A stretch of DNA of 63,596 nt, filler included, from Folioceros fuciformis (lineage: Eukaryota), in the NCBI GenBank assembly GCA_049999805.1. It is 10 parts of 10 records of this genome, joined end to end, with 100 filler letters (N's around TTAATTAATTAA, not from the genome) between each part and the next. Parts side by side here need not be neighbours in the genome. Positions count along the whole stretch, not along the records: positions 23,441 to 28,347 come from JBNGIO010003928.1; positions 28,448 to 32,317 come from JBNGIO010003929.1; positions 32,418 to 45,608 come from JBNGIO010003930.1; 7 more parts are not named here. One strand, written 5' to 3'. The notes under the pieces are model-generated. The model did no database searches. It worked only from the letters and a program-made list of their open reading frames with translations, and was not told the origin of the DNA. The position numbers and the translations under genes were made by a program. Shown here piece after piece: positions 23,820 through 36,524 of this stretch. Every line of letters starts with the position of its first letter. Position 1 is the stretch's first letter.

Positions 23820-24784
23820 TTAGACTGTATGTACCAATATATATTCTTCTACCTCATATCCTAGTACCCTTTCCTTAGGGCCATATAATCGAGTTCCTTC
23901 AACTGCAACGCTCTAGAACCCTAAATTCACCAAGATTCTAGTATCATTAGCCTGGCCCGGCCACCTCGTAACCACATCAAGAAACCGTTTATCTGGGCCA
24001 ACAATGGCGTGCATAGCCATAGAGAGATCTTTATGGTCATACCAAGTGAATTTTTGTTGGCCCATGGGCTGTTCAATGCTAAAATGAGTGGCATCTATAT
24101 CTCCCAAAAAATTTGGGAAACCATGCTGATCCTCGACTCTTGATCGCTTCCTGTTCGGCCACATTTGACCAAGTAATATTATGTCCACCGGATTTTAATA
24201 GAGCACATATGAAGTGACAACAACAGTTGAAGGTTGTGGTAGTTCCCACATCGAATTGTTCTCTAAGGCTCTTATAAGAATCCCCCATGCCAATCTACGA
24301 AGAGCAATTGCCACTTGCTTGCGGACTGGTAAAATTCGTCCAGTGATCTCCGAGAATCCTGGCACAATTATGGATTGAAGGTCATTGTGGACAAGACTAC
24401 AAGCATATTGAAACGTAGCAGGTAAAACCTGGTGAAGGTTTTTAAATGATTATGATCATCGAGACTAACATACCATTTGTAGATGTCTCAACAATCTGGT
24501 GGTTGTGGTTTAATGTACCAGGAGCTTTGTTGTAGGCCTACCAAACGTTTTAAGGTTCATTCTGCTAGAGCAAGCATAGAAAGTAGAAGACCTTTGATGG
24601 ATTTTGCCATAAGCAAGATGTGCTCCACCATAGTGTCTGCTTGGTCGTGGAGGTCAAGAACCTCATTTTGAGAAAGAGAATCCAACTAACTTTGACAAAG
24701 AGCCAATCCCTGCCCAGCTATGTCGAGGGCATCCCGTAGTCCAGCACTCATTGCCATAATAGCAAGTGCAACCTCCAAGTCCAT
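23820..24784 (-). mobile_element. Degenerate PIF/Harbinger DDE transposase
   Basis: KQVAIALRRLGMGDSYKSLREQFDVG (HTH), FPNFLGDIDATH and AIVGPDKRFLDVVTRWPGQANDTRIL motifs, frameshifted. Confidence 0.85.
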
Positions 24785-25528
24785 CACGTTGAGGAATCTA
24801 GCCACGGCGGCAAAAGACACACATCAACACAAGCAATCGTACACAAGCACAAGCACATAAATAAACAAAGCAATATCGCACGAGAATGGATATGAGTGCA
24901 AGAAGAGGATGAATATACATACTTAGAGAATATGGATTCAAACTATATAATACATATATTTGTACGTACGTGCCACGATGGCAATCATTCTTCTCATCTC
25001 TAATGCTCAAAACCAGCCCAAAGCTAGGCTCATGGTGGCCTTAATTCTCTTTTCTCTTTTTTTTCCCCCTTTTATTTCTCCTTCATTGTCATACGACCCT
25101 GTGTAGAATACCGATAGGGGCAGTGGCTGAACACACATGTTTTTTTTCCAAATACGTACTTCATATGTGAATATACCTTAGAATCTACTATAAATGCCTG
25201 TATTGTACATAGCCACGTTACGGGATTTTCCTTTATGCGTCAAAGGTTGTGGACCGATGAGGACACAGAATGTTTTTTTAGGGTTCATGCACAACATCCA
25301 AATGTTTTTAAGTACACGTTAGAAAAAAACACAGCCATCTATGCATCGCCACGGGTTTAGGGTTCGTCGTGGCACATTGCATCGAAGGTGATCAATTAAC
25401 ATCAGGACATCAGGAAGGAGGAGGAGGACCCCTCCATGCGTGACGAGTCTACCAGCCTCCGCCTCCTTCCCTCAAGCCCACCCGAAGGGTTTAAAAGGTG
25501 GCATGAAATGGGCTTTAGGGAGACAAAT

Positions 25529-25848
25529 CCGAACATGTGAGGGAGAAAATATTATCACAATCTAGGTGTCCCGAACATGTGAGGGAGAAAATATTATCAC
25601 AATCTAGGTGTCCCGAACATGTGAGGGAGAAAATATTATCACANNNNNNNNNNNNNNNNNNNNNNNNNNNNNNNNNNNNNNNNNNNNNNNNNNNNNNNNN
25701 NNNNNNNNNNNNNNNNNNNNNNNNNNNNNNNNNNNNNNNNNNNATTATCACAATCTAGGTGTCCCGAACATATGAGAGAGAAAATATTATCACAATCTAG
25801 GTGTCTTGAACATGTGAGGGAGAAAATATTATCACAATCTAGGTGTCC
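25529..25848. repeat. 42-bp tandem repeat spanning an N gap
   Basis: Unit CCGAACATGTGAGGGAGAAAATATTATCACAATCTAGGTGTC present on both sides of the gap. Confidence 0.92.
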
Positions 25849-26699
25849 AATCGGACATCTAGATGGCACCCTACGACCAAAGGGGTAGATATGTTACGTC
25901 CAAAAGTTTGGACTGCGCAAAACGTTGTGTGAAAGCCAGACTAACCGTGTCGGTATTCCATAACCCTCTTCTTTATGTCGTGCACAAAGTGTGTAGGAAA
26001 GTGTTCTAGCCTCGAGCCCACCTATGGAATACGGATACGGACACCACCGTCTACTATATGATCCTATTTTTTCAAGCTAATTGACCTGGCTGTTTAGTTA
26101 GTGGGCGGCTTCCAAGGCATCCCGATCCAGCCATCGTGATCTAGCCATCACCCTAAGACATTTTTTTTTTTTCCTCCCACCAATCGCGAGCAACACATCA
26201 ATGCTTCCTCTTTAAGGGTTTCAGGGTTCCATGCCATCACATTGGACGGAACCGAATTGGTGACCGTATGCTCTGCGTCTCCTCCTTCACCCGAACCCAA
26301 GTCATTCTCTATTCAGCGAAGGCCAATCGCCAGCCATGTCTTTCTCTATGGCATGTGGCCAGCCATCAAAATGTGAATAGTATTCAGTGAAGTTGGGGTC
26401 CTCAAACATGGAATGGGAGGCCAGAATACAGACAATCACATGCCCTTCTAGCAGACATTGGAGGTCAGCTAGTAAACCCTGACAGTGCATGCATTATGGT
26501 GGGGTTGCAAACCATCACAAAGGTATTGGCCCTATCCTAGCTTATGACAAGGATTAAAAGGGAGGAGGTTGAGTGTGGACAGAGTGAACAAGTGGTTTGG
26601 CATAATGAGTACACCTGCAGCAACTTGTGGAATGGTGGTCGTAGAAGAATGGTGGTCGGGGCAGAAAGAGGAAGAAGCTTATGCATTAAGAAACATTGT

Positions 26700-27075
26700 C
26701 AGTGTGGTCAAGAAAGAAAAAGCAATGTGGTCAAGAAAGAATGAAGCAATGTGGTCAAGAAAGAAAGGAGCAATGTGATCAAGAAAGAAAGACGTGCCGG
26801 TGCACTAAAGAAACCGAAGATTCTGAGGAATATTCGCGTAAAACACACAGTTGGAAAAATAAACCTAACGGCATATATGTCCGTATCGCTATTTCATAGC
26901 CGCCAAGGCGTGTAAGTGATGTGAAGAACAACACGAGTTAGTAATATGAAAAAGAATACGTGTAAGTAATGTGAAGAACAATACGTGTTAGTAATGTGAA
27001 AAAGAACACGTGTAAGTATTGTGAAGAATAATACGTGTACGCCATGTGCAGAAAAATACGCGTACGTAAAGTGAT
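26700..27075. repeat. Two short degenerate tandem arrays: ~22-bp GCAATGTGGTCAAGAAAGAA unit and ~25-bp CGTGTAAGTAATGTGAAGAACAATA unit
   Basis: Repeated units at 26700-26790 and 26909-27075. Confidence 0.75.
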
Positions 27076-27430
27076 AAGAATCGCGTGAGGCAGCGTGAAG
27101 AAAGAAAGTGAATATACGACTCCCGTGCCGACGCCGATTGCTTCGGACCTATCCAGACAGGCAGGAGAACGCTTTCTGAGGGATTATGTTACAAGGAATG
27201 GGAGACCCAGTGCGTCTTCCGGGATCGCATACATCGAGAGCTGCACCACTGTTCTGCCGCGTATCCAAGCATATCCCGCTACCTCTGGTAAGTCATGGTC
27301 AGCCAGCTAGTAGCTCCAAGCCCACGCGCTAGCTTGGGTCAGAGGCAATGAGCTGACTAGTAGCTCCGAGCCCACCCGCTAGCACTGGAAACACGTAGTG
27401 AGTTGAGGTGCGAATGCCTACAGGCTGGCG

Positions 27431-28275
27431 TCACGAGGAGCATTCCGTGGACTTGCGCACACACTGCCTGACCCTCCTGTTCGCACGTGACCGCGGTTAA
27501 CCACAGTACGCAGAAGAGAGAGTACCCTGACCTGCGCAGTAAGTGAGAGTCACCTGTTATAGGCTTGCAAGTCACTCTGGAACAGCTGGGCAGCTTCTGG
27601 GTTCGCTGGGCTTGCTGGATAAGGATCGGTGAGAAGAGACTGCAGGAACACCAAAACAATCAAGGACGCGATCTCTGTTAAAGATTCGCCATAACCATAC
27701 GACCTAGGCCAGGAAAAACCAGCGGATCAGTCAAATTCGACCTGAATTGAGGTCAGAATCGTGCAGATGTTGTGGCAGGGAGACCACGCATCCTGGATTA
27801 TGTCCATACACAGAGTTCCATCACTGTACACTACACTACATTCACCACCATTGCAAAATTGAAGTCAGTCCCCAACCTTGCTGGTCCTACTATCAGCATA
27901 ACGTGCATGGCATCGCCACACTATGAAGGCAGAGATCGCAGTATATCAAACATGAGAATGACTTACCATTCGGGTGAAACACCTCCGAAGTAAAGCGGAC
28001 ACGCGGGGGCTTTTCAGGATAGTGCTCACCAAATATCAAACGCAACGAAAAAATACCGCCTGTTTCCCAAATGCCATGCAGAAGAGCGGCAGAGGGACCG
28101 CATGCCCGAACATTAATTAGCACGGTTCAGGCCTCCCGAGCACAATGGCACAACAGCACTTTCAGCAGGAGCCTCCGTCAGAAGGATTACCTTCCCAAGG
28201 GGTTTCGTCTGGCCCGAAAATGGTAGCTCCCCATACGAAAAGGTTGTCTTCTCCATGAGGACTCGCACTGCAACC
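27431..28275 (-). CDS. RAD6/UBC2-like ubiquitin-conjugating enzyme E2 (first exon lost in gap). Exons 28275-28191, 28059-27967, 27830-27742, 27639-27554, 27476-27431.
   Basis: GT-AG splicing gives [106 protein letters not shown]...VRKSTECSS*, with the HPN motif and catalytic Cys. Exon phases are consistent. Confidence 0.93.
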
Positions 28276-29250
28276 CTGCAGGAGCAGCTAAGGGTCAGAA
28301 AGATTGAGGAGAACATACTTCAAACACCTACTAGCCCCGCACTGAACNNNNNNNNNNNNNNNNNNNNNNNNNNNNNNNNNNNNNNNNNNNNTTAATTAAT
28401 TAANNNNNNNNNNNNNNNNNNNNNNNNNNNNNNNNNNNNNNNNNNNNGCCAAATATTGAACGAAGTACTGGACAAAATATTAAAGAGAATGTCAATGGAG
28501 AAGTAAATTAAGATTATGAAGATTCAAATTAGACTCAATTAGTAAAGCAAACTCATGAACACTTGATCAATAATTAAATTTATGACTATTAAATACAAAG
28601 GATGCTATGATAATTTATAAATTATTGATGTAAGAATTCTGCTTCACGTGTATGCAAGCGCAAGGAAACAAAATTGTTGTTTGCTATTTTTGCAATGGTC
28701 TTCATTACCATGGAGTTTACTTCTAATTAACATTTATAATTCGATCTTTATTATAGGTAGTGCACAATCAAAAAGCGTGCATCACGTGACTTCAATATAA
28801 TACTAGCATGTCATCATGAACTTGCTGATGATAGTTGAGTGTTAACCATTGGCTGCGACTCCCACGATATGGTCGATATAATGCATTGGCCATAATTAGA
28901 CAAATAACATACCATTTCAATATGTTGTGGATTTTGACAACACAAATAGCCACAACTAANNNNNNNNNNNNNNNNNNNNNNNNNNNNNNNNNNNNNNNNN
29001 NNNNNNNNNNNNNNNNNNNNNNNNNNNNNNNNNNNNNNNNNNNNNNNNNNNNNNNNNNNCGTTAGACCCACAAAAACAAATGGGTTGCCACTAGCATAGC
29101 ATTAGGCCACTGGGACATGTTTCTTCGTTTTCAGAAATTTGCTAATCTCCCATTTTGAAAATATTTTGTTAATATAATGCTACATCTTGCCCAATTGTTC
29201 TACAACGCTTAAGTTATGTATTTGGTTGTTTACTTTATTATGCTCATACA

Positions 29251-29566
29251 AATCCCCCTTTGGGACTTCATCATTTCAATTAGACCAAATATCTTATATA
29301 TGTTGAACTTCCAAGACATGAAATTCTAGACGTCCCTCCACATGACTAATGAGAAATCAATCAACCACATGCGGTAACACCTTTTTCTATATGGCCAAAA
29401 ACAGAAAAACAATACGGTACTATAAAAGATATTCACAGCACATGAGGTCAAAGTTTAGCATGACAACATCCTTGCATGTTAGCCCGAATCCCCTTTGGAG
29501 CTTCAACCTCTTTGATTAGACCAAATATCTTGTATAGGTTGAACTTCCAAGACATGAAATTCTAGA
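29251..29566. repeat. ~80-bp direct repeat (29251-29330 and 29487-29566) in AT-rich, probably TE-derived DNA
   Basis: Shared ATTAGACCAAATATCTT...GTTGAACTTCCAAGACATGAAATTCTAGA. Confidence 0.8.
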
Positions 29567-30760
29567 TTGTGTCTAGTTTTGCAATTTGCAACTCCTCTTG
29601 TAAATATTGCTCTTATCATTTGAAATGTAATTTTCATTTGTTTATTAGACATGGTCTTATGATTTATTTCCAATCATTCACATCTCATTCACCATCTAGC
29701 CACAATATATACTTACTGTCCACGTTTGGGAAAAGTGTCTTCCCTTGAGAAAATTTTCCATCACACTCTTTTGGATCAATCATGCAAAACAGTGGTAAAA
29801 CATCTTTTTCAACCTATCCTTGAGTATCACACATGCTAAATAATTCAGTCTAAACCATCATTTCAAAGGGGTTTTAGTGGAAATCTTGATAATTTCTTCT
29901 CATTTCCCATATCTTTCTAATATTTTATGCCTTTTGTGGGGTTTAATAATATCTTTTTATCAAATCTGATAGAAATTTCACTTGGATGTCAATGTTATTG
30001 GTTACAACCACTATGTAGCAAGAATGATTATATTTAGAGCTTCCAATTCATGGTAATTTTAGCATGTTATCCTTTTAACAAAAAACTATGTTTTATGAAA
30101 ATTAAGATAACCTTTGTTGAACAAAAATAGTTCCATACATTTAAATTCATACTAATTGTCTATTTGCTGTGATATTGTCCATCCTATGCCCTATTAGTCT
30201 CTCAAAAATTCTGTATCCACTTGTGTGAAAAATGCTATATTATTTCTCAATTATGTGAATCAGTGCATTCTATGTTCCATAATCATAACAAGCACTTTCT
30301 ATAATTGAGAAGAATGTTATTCAGTTGAGAATATTCCGCAATTGTGGATTTTTCGCTGTCACAAAAACAGTCTTTTGATATACTCTTTCCAACTTGAAAG
30401 GACAAACATAATATGTATTTAGGGGAAATGTAGCAAAATAACTCTAGAAAACTTTAATTTATCCTATTTTATCTTGATGTCTGTACATATTCAATCTAAT
30501 TGTAGATTAGGTCACAAATTGAGGCCTACCTACTCTGTACTCGGACAGATGTCGACGGTTTTCTGACATTATAGATTTCAGTTAAACAAATCTGCAAAAC
30601 CAAGAAATGAATCGAGAACTGCCCACTACACAAAGTCAAAAATGTCACCGAATCCGTTTCATATTGGGACAACCAGATACAAGTGGAAGTTCGATACGAT
30701 ATGCCCCCCAGCGCCCTTGCGGTCCACCGGCGGGGAAGTGGAAGAAGGCAGTGAAGCAAA

Positions 30761-31491
30761 TTACTGAGGTTTATGGACGATGAAGGAGCAGCACTGGACT
30801 TGCCTCACATTGTCGAAGCCAAGGACACGGATATAGCAGCCAGGGTAGGCAGTCTTGCAGCTCTCAATCTCCCTCAGCACAGCGGCAGAATCACGGCAAC
30901 CAAACATGGGCAATTTCCACATTGTCCAGTACCGACCACCGTAGTAACCGGGCTGGCCCTGCAGAGTGGTGATGGCACCGGTCTGCACACAAAACGCAGT
31001 GTGAGTAGACGTCCGCCTTGAACCCGAACAGCATCCTCCAAACCCAACCACAGCGAGGCATACCGTGTCGAACTCGAGGCAGGGGATCCACCTATTTCGG
31101 AGCATGTAGTTGATCTCCTTGGCTATTTGGTCGTCGGTAAGTGGCGGCAAGTAGGAAAGGGTCTCAAACTTCAAGTTATCAAGAGGGGTCCACACCTGCG
31201 CACCAGAGAAGAGAAGGGGGAGTGAGAAGGGCAACCTGCATTTCGAGACAGGAGAAACTGGCTGGAAATCAAACCGCAGCCAGGCCAGACTCTGACCTGC
31301 ATGCAGTTCACGCGGCTGCCGTTGCTCACTGTCTTGGAGCTCAGATCGGCTATTCTCCCGGAAAAGACCGCGCAAGACTTCAGGCCCACGAACGCCCTGA
31401 CCGTGGAACCCTCCGACGCGGTGCTGCTGGGGGAAGCAGCCGCGAAGGAAGCCGGCGCCACGGCGGCCGAGGAGGCGACCAGGGAAGCCAT
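30761..31491 (-). CDS. RBCS: Rubisco small subunit with transit peptide. Exons 31491-31297, 31195-31064, 30982-30761.
   Basis: [10 protein letters not shown]...[29 protein letters not shown]...[38 protein letters not shown]...[19 protein letters not shown]. Both GT-AG introns lie at positions typical of land-plant RBCS. Confidence 0.97.
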
Positions 31492-32985
31492 GGACGCAGG
31501 CTTGATTGCTCTCCGGAGCGTAAATCCTGCTGCAGGCCGAGAGTGAGCAGGAATGGTGATGGCAGTCACTCACCCGAAGGTTCAGGTTGTTGCTGAAGTA
31601 GTGGGAGGGAGAGACCATCCACAGCCACACGAAGGCTCGGTGGAGGAGGATAAGAAACGATTGCCTAGCGCTGGTGCGGTCTTCCTTCCACTTTCCCTCT
31701 CTTGTTAGTGGAACGCGACTAATTTGTCCTGATATCTGCATAATATGTATGTACATACATTCGGAGCATACAGTACATACATTCTGTCCTGGCACCTGGG
31801 AATGTAACCAGAGCGGATAAGACGGGATTGCGTCCCGCTGCCGCAACCGACAAACACCATGCCATCCTTGGGAAAGATGTACATACATGCGTACAGAAAA
31901 AAAGAAGAAGTAATTTTATTGAGGTGAGAAAATGATGAGAAGATCCCATCCAGAAGGCGACAACCAAAAGGGATGCCGAGGGCCAGGTGGAGGGGAGAAG
32001 CTGAGCTCCCCTCCAACCTGCAGGCTACAGGGGTTGGTTCCTTCGTCGGGAGGGCACAATCCATGGCTTCGTTTTTCAACACTTGTAGCCAGTCGTTTGG
32101 CGGCAAGATTCCGTGGCCCAGGATGGAACCAGGTGCAGTATGTGTCGATCGCCCGTCTCCCGAATGACGAGTGTTTTTTGTCATTCCTACTCCAAAGACG
32201 GGGGCCATCAATTGTTTCAAGGGTTGTGGGCGAAGCCCGTGAGAAGGGAGTGGTGCGGTCATACCAGCACCACCGAGCCCTGCACAGAAGCGGAGCGGGA
32301 GCTCAGGCTGTGGAGCGNNNNNNNNNNNNNNNNNNNNNNNNNNNNNNNNNNNNNNNNNNNNTTAATTAATTAANNNNNNNNNNNNNNNNNNNNNNNNNNN
32401 NNNNNNNNNNNNNNNNNCTCGGAACAAGTTTTTTCACGTCTTTCAAGTGGCCTCCACACAAGTTTTTTCACATGCGTCTGTCAATTGTTCAGTTTGGTTT
32501 TGGCCCTCAAACTTGCGTACGCGCCAAAGGGGATGCATAATCCGTGTGTTTGTAAAAAAACCTAGAGAAAGAGGGCGTGTCCCCTTTGGTATGCCATACT
32601 CATGTCAATGGTAAACACTAACATGCATTTAGCATTATAATATTCTATTCCTTACAAGGAAGGGGAAGAAATTTTTTCTTATGAGTTGAACAAAGTATAT
32701 GATGAGTACACTATATGAATATATGGAATATTGATACGGACAGAGTTCTTTCATAGATATTTTAGGACGACTGTATACAATGCAAAGATAAGGGACATAA
32801 CGTTTGTTCGCGCTTCGGTCATAGGGCATTGGGACACAAACTTTGTGTCTCGATTAGGAAAGGTCCTGGCCAAGTGCAGCTCTAGGGCAAGTGGGGGGAC
32901 ACTGCATGCATCCGTAGGTTTATGCGAGAGCCATAGCCATGGCTGTGTGGAGGGGAACAGGCTTGCTAGGGAGGCCTCTCGCCCA

Positions 32986-33307
32986 GCTGACTTCACGGAA
33001 GCAAATGATGGCACACAACGAAGCTGACTTCACGGAAGCAGATGATGGCACACAACGAAGCTGACTTCACGGAAGCAGATGATGGCACACAACGAAGCTG
33101 ACTTCACGGAAGCAGATGATGGCACACAACGAAGCTGACTTCACGGAAGCAGATNNNNNNNNNNNNNNNNNNNNNNNNNNNNNNNNNNNNNNNNNNNNNN
33201 NNNNNNNNNNNNNNNNNNNNNNNNNNNNNNNNNNNNNNNNNNNNNNNNNNNNNNGGCCTCTCGCCCAGCTGACTTCACGGAAGCAGATGTTGGCACACAA
33301 CGAAGCT
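32986..33307. repeat. 37-bp tandem repeat spanning an N gap
   Basis: Unit GCTGACTTCACGGAAGCAGATGATGGCACACAACGAA at 32986, 33023, 33060, 33097, 33134 and again after the gap. No spacers. Confidence 0.92.
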
Positions 33308-34275
33308 GCCAGGTGCAGCAATTTGTCTGCAGAGCCAGCCCGTGCAACTGGAGTTCTGGCTGGTATCGGGCCTTCCATCGACCAGCAATTCTTGTGGGAG
33401 AAGTTTGCGTCGAACTCTGCATTCCTCCAAGATCGCAGTCAATCTCAGAAGGCCCGAGACAGGAAGTCTAAGCATGTCCTCTGGTTCGACAACCAGTGTA
33501 AGCCGGCAGGGTTGGATTCCAAGCTGCTTGGTGCCGCACCTGCTCTTGTGTCCAGCTGGAGCATGCTGGATGCCAAAATCACCACCTTGCAAGTGCTCGG
33601 GAGAAATCGGCCGATTAGGGTGGAATTCATGCTAGGTGGTCTGGTCCTCGCTCCCCTCGGGATTGTAGAACCATGCTTCGATGGTGTCACAAGGGATTTC
33701 TATACAATGTATGTCGCAAGGTAGCATAGAGGAATATCCTTAAATGCCATGGAATATTTACATATTAAATACGTATTCTAACAAAAACACATGAATTTGT
33801 AATCCCTGTCTGCATTGATATTCCATATGAATATAACTTCTTTAAAAAATAATACAAAGAAATAAAACAGAAAATGATAAGATAGGACATGAGGATAAAA
33901 TAATATATTGTATAGGTGATAAATTATATATACATGAAATGGTTCCAAGTGAGAAAATAATACGATTAATATTAATCAAAGCAGAGACACTGTCCAGGAA
34001 ATATGAAATATTCTAACATGATCAGAAAGTTGGCAAGGACTATAGGTGAAGCAAAAGTAAAAGTTTTTTGATAATTAGGGAAATGAAAAACGAATATGGA
34101 ATAGGCTGACGGGCTCGGGTCGTGCACACAAAGGGACATAGCAGCCAAGCGAAGGAGGGGAATTCATGCGTGCTGAACAGGTTTGTGGGAAGTAGTGTGG
34201 AGGCGCTTGCGCAGATGTGATACCACCAGCCCAGCAAGCCTGGCGCATCCGGTTTGGGGACCAGACTCTCCGGGC

Positions 34276-36070
34276 ATGGGATACGAGCATGAACACGATC
34301 ATGCCCTTGCCCAGCCGGATGAGTCCTCTTGCTACTCCTCGCACCTCTCGGAAGATTTCAACTCCTGGATCCCCGTCTCGGTCCCGCCGGCATCGGGGAA
34401 AAATGGAGCTTTTTGTGCGGGGGGCTACTTCGCGAGTGACGATGGCGGAAGGTACCAAGGAGCTCTGGTGTTAGGGTCCAAGCAGCCGGAGTTGAATCTG
34501 TGGAACGTGTTGAGCGGAGCTGTGGCAATTCTCTCTGGGAGTGGCAAGGCGGTGAGCACGCTGGAGGACACAGGGCGGTTTCAGGAGTGGCCCGACTCGC
34601 CCTCCAGTCACTCGTCGGCAATTGGCGGGGAGGGGGAGGCGTTCGTTGCTGGGGAGAGCGGCTTCTGCAGCCAGGATGGGCTGAAGCCGTGGCGGGGAGG
34701 TCATTCCCCCAGTGCGCCTCCGCTGGACTGTACCGCGGATGCTGATGTGAAGGCGGTGAAGGTGATTTTGGATGCCGAGCCCGCGGAGTGGATGCCTGAC
34801 AGTAAAGCAAAGGCGTGCAGGCAGTGCCTTCGTCCCTTCAAAGCTATCACCTGCGGCAGGCACCACTGCCGGTTCTGCGGACAGATCTTCTGCAGATGGT
34901 GCTCCACAGGGCGCTGCTTGTTGCCGGCCAGGTTCCGGGAGAGGAATCCGCAGCGGGTGTGTACCGCCTGCGAGCACAGACTGCTGCCGGTGCAGAGGAT
35001 CTTGACCGCCCGCGTCAGTAACGCCTCTCAAAGAGCCACCTTCGATGTCACTGACATGACCTGCATGAGAGGTTGGCTCAATAGTCCTTACGGCCTGTCC
35101 ATGGAGATGGAAATCTACAAGGCTACCAACGCGATTAGGAGCTACTGCAAGGTAGGTTGGCCCTGGCCTGTAGGGTTTCCACTTGCTGTGTGTTGCTGCT
35201 CCTGATGGTTTTGCTTCGGTTTCTTCGGAATATGTAGATTGGAAGCTTGGAGCCGGAGAAAATGATCCCGGATGCTGTGTTGAGTGGAGCGCGGGGGTTG
35301 GCTATCCTTACTGTCGTAAAGGCAGGAATGGTGGTGACGTATAAGATGGGAACAGGCTTAGTGGTGGCCCGGCGAGCTGATGGTTCATGGTCTGCGCCTT
35401 CCGCAATTGCAACATGTGGCCTCGGTTGGGGCTGTCAGGTGGGAGCTACTCGGCCGGGCGGATCATGTTGTAGGAGCTGTACCTGGGAGGCTTCTGTATA
35501 AGCAGGGCTGAGATATTCGTTAAGTCAGTTGCATGATCAATTCGTTCTTCTCCTGACTGTTGGATATCTATGTTGTTGCAGGCAGGAGGAGAGCTGACGG
35601 ATTTCATCATTGTACTCAGGAGCTTTAAAGCTTTGAAAGCATTCGCAGGCAGCGTCCACGTCTCTCTTGGTGCTGGTGTAAGTGCTGCAGTCGGTCCCAT
35701 TGGCCGTGTAGCGGAGGCAGATATACGGGCCTGTACCAGTGGAGCTGCTGCTTGTTACACCTACAGCTGCAGCAAAGGTACGAGTGTAGCAGCAGATTCT
35801 TGCCTGTTGTGGTTGTTGGAATTCAGCTAACGTTTCGGCGGGGTTATCCCTTTGGCTCAAAACGATGGCGCAGGGGCCTTTGTCGGTGTTTCCCTGGAGG
35901 GCAACGTTGTAGCTACACGGAATGACGCCAACATTCGCTTCTATGGGATTCCTCACATTACATCCTCGAATATTCTGTTCGGTCACACTCCTCAACCCAC
36001 AGCTGCCAAGCCACTCTACGATGCTTTGACGGATTTGTTTCAGAAGATGGCTGTAAACCGGCTTCAGTGA
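34276..36070 (+). CDS. CFS1: FYVE + SYLF/Ysc84 domain protein (CFS1/FYVE2-like). Exons 34276-35151, 35238-35438, 35582-35777, 35874-36070; start codon uncertain.
   Basis: PSAPP motif, FYVE finger (WMPD..CRQC..RHHCRFCGQIFC..C..RVCTAC) and SYLF domain (ARGLAILTVVKAG...WSAPSAI...GGELTDF...GAFVGVSLEG). Splice phases are consistent. Confidence 0.92.
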
Positions 36071-36524
36071 TCGGGCAGTACAACCCTGTACATATCTCAT
36101 TGTTTGTGCCGCACTTGGGTCATTGTGTATGGATTGCGGATGCTGTTGTGACCTTACGCAATTTGTAGTCCCTAGGAAGGAGAAGCTCCTGCCTCGCAGG
36201 ACTCCAGCCTCACGAGTCCTCAGTTATTGGGATCGGAGCTATTCTTTGTGAGCAACCGTTGTACATACAAAGATATAAAATGCCTTGTTAGGGCTTGCAC
36301 AGTGTACTGTTGTTGTTCTGATGGAATGTGAACGGACAGGACGTGTTGAGTTCCGCCAATCCTAATTCTGAGGGGAAGCTCTTCCGTTGCCAGTTAAGGC
36401 AGAGCTTGCCGAAGTCGGAATCCCACTGGCCGCGACCGCCAGCATTCGTGATGTCCACAGGTTCGGATTACAAGGATACTCGGAGGTTCTGGTTTAGCTC
36501 AGACGTGCGGCCCGGCCAGCCAGG

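Noticed and set aside
30526..30760. Possible C-terminal extension of RbcS (as in hornwort condensate-forming RbcS variants)
   Set aside because: RBCS stops at HKPQ-TAA. The downstream ORF is out of frame, has no coiled-coil character, and no supporting exon is evident.
30761..31888. 375-aa ORF suggesting an N-terminally fused giant RbcS
   Set aside because: Chance read-through of promoter, exon 1 in the wrong frame and introns. The spliced model gives a normal-length RbcS.
32986..33307. 37-bp repeats (and the 40/42-bp arrays at 20958, 25529 and 48081) resembling CRISPR arrays in size
   Set aside because: Head-to-tail with no unique spacers, no cas genes, eukaryotic context, and most abut assembly gaps.
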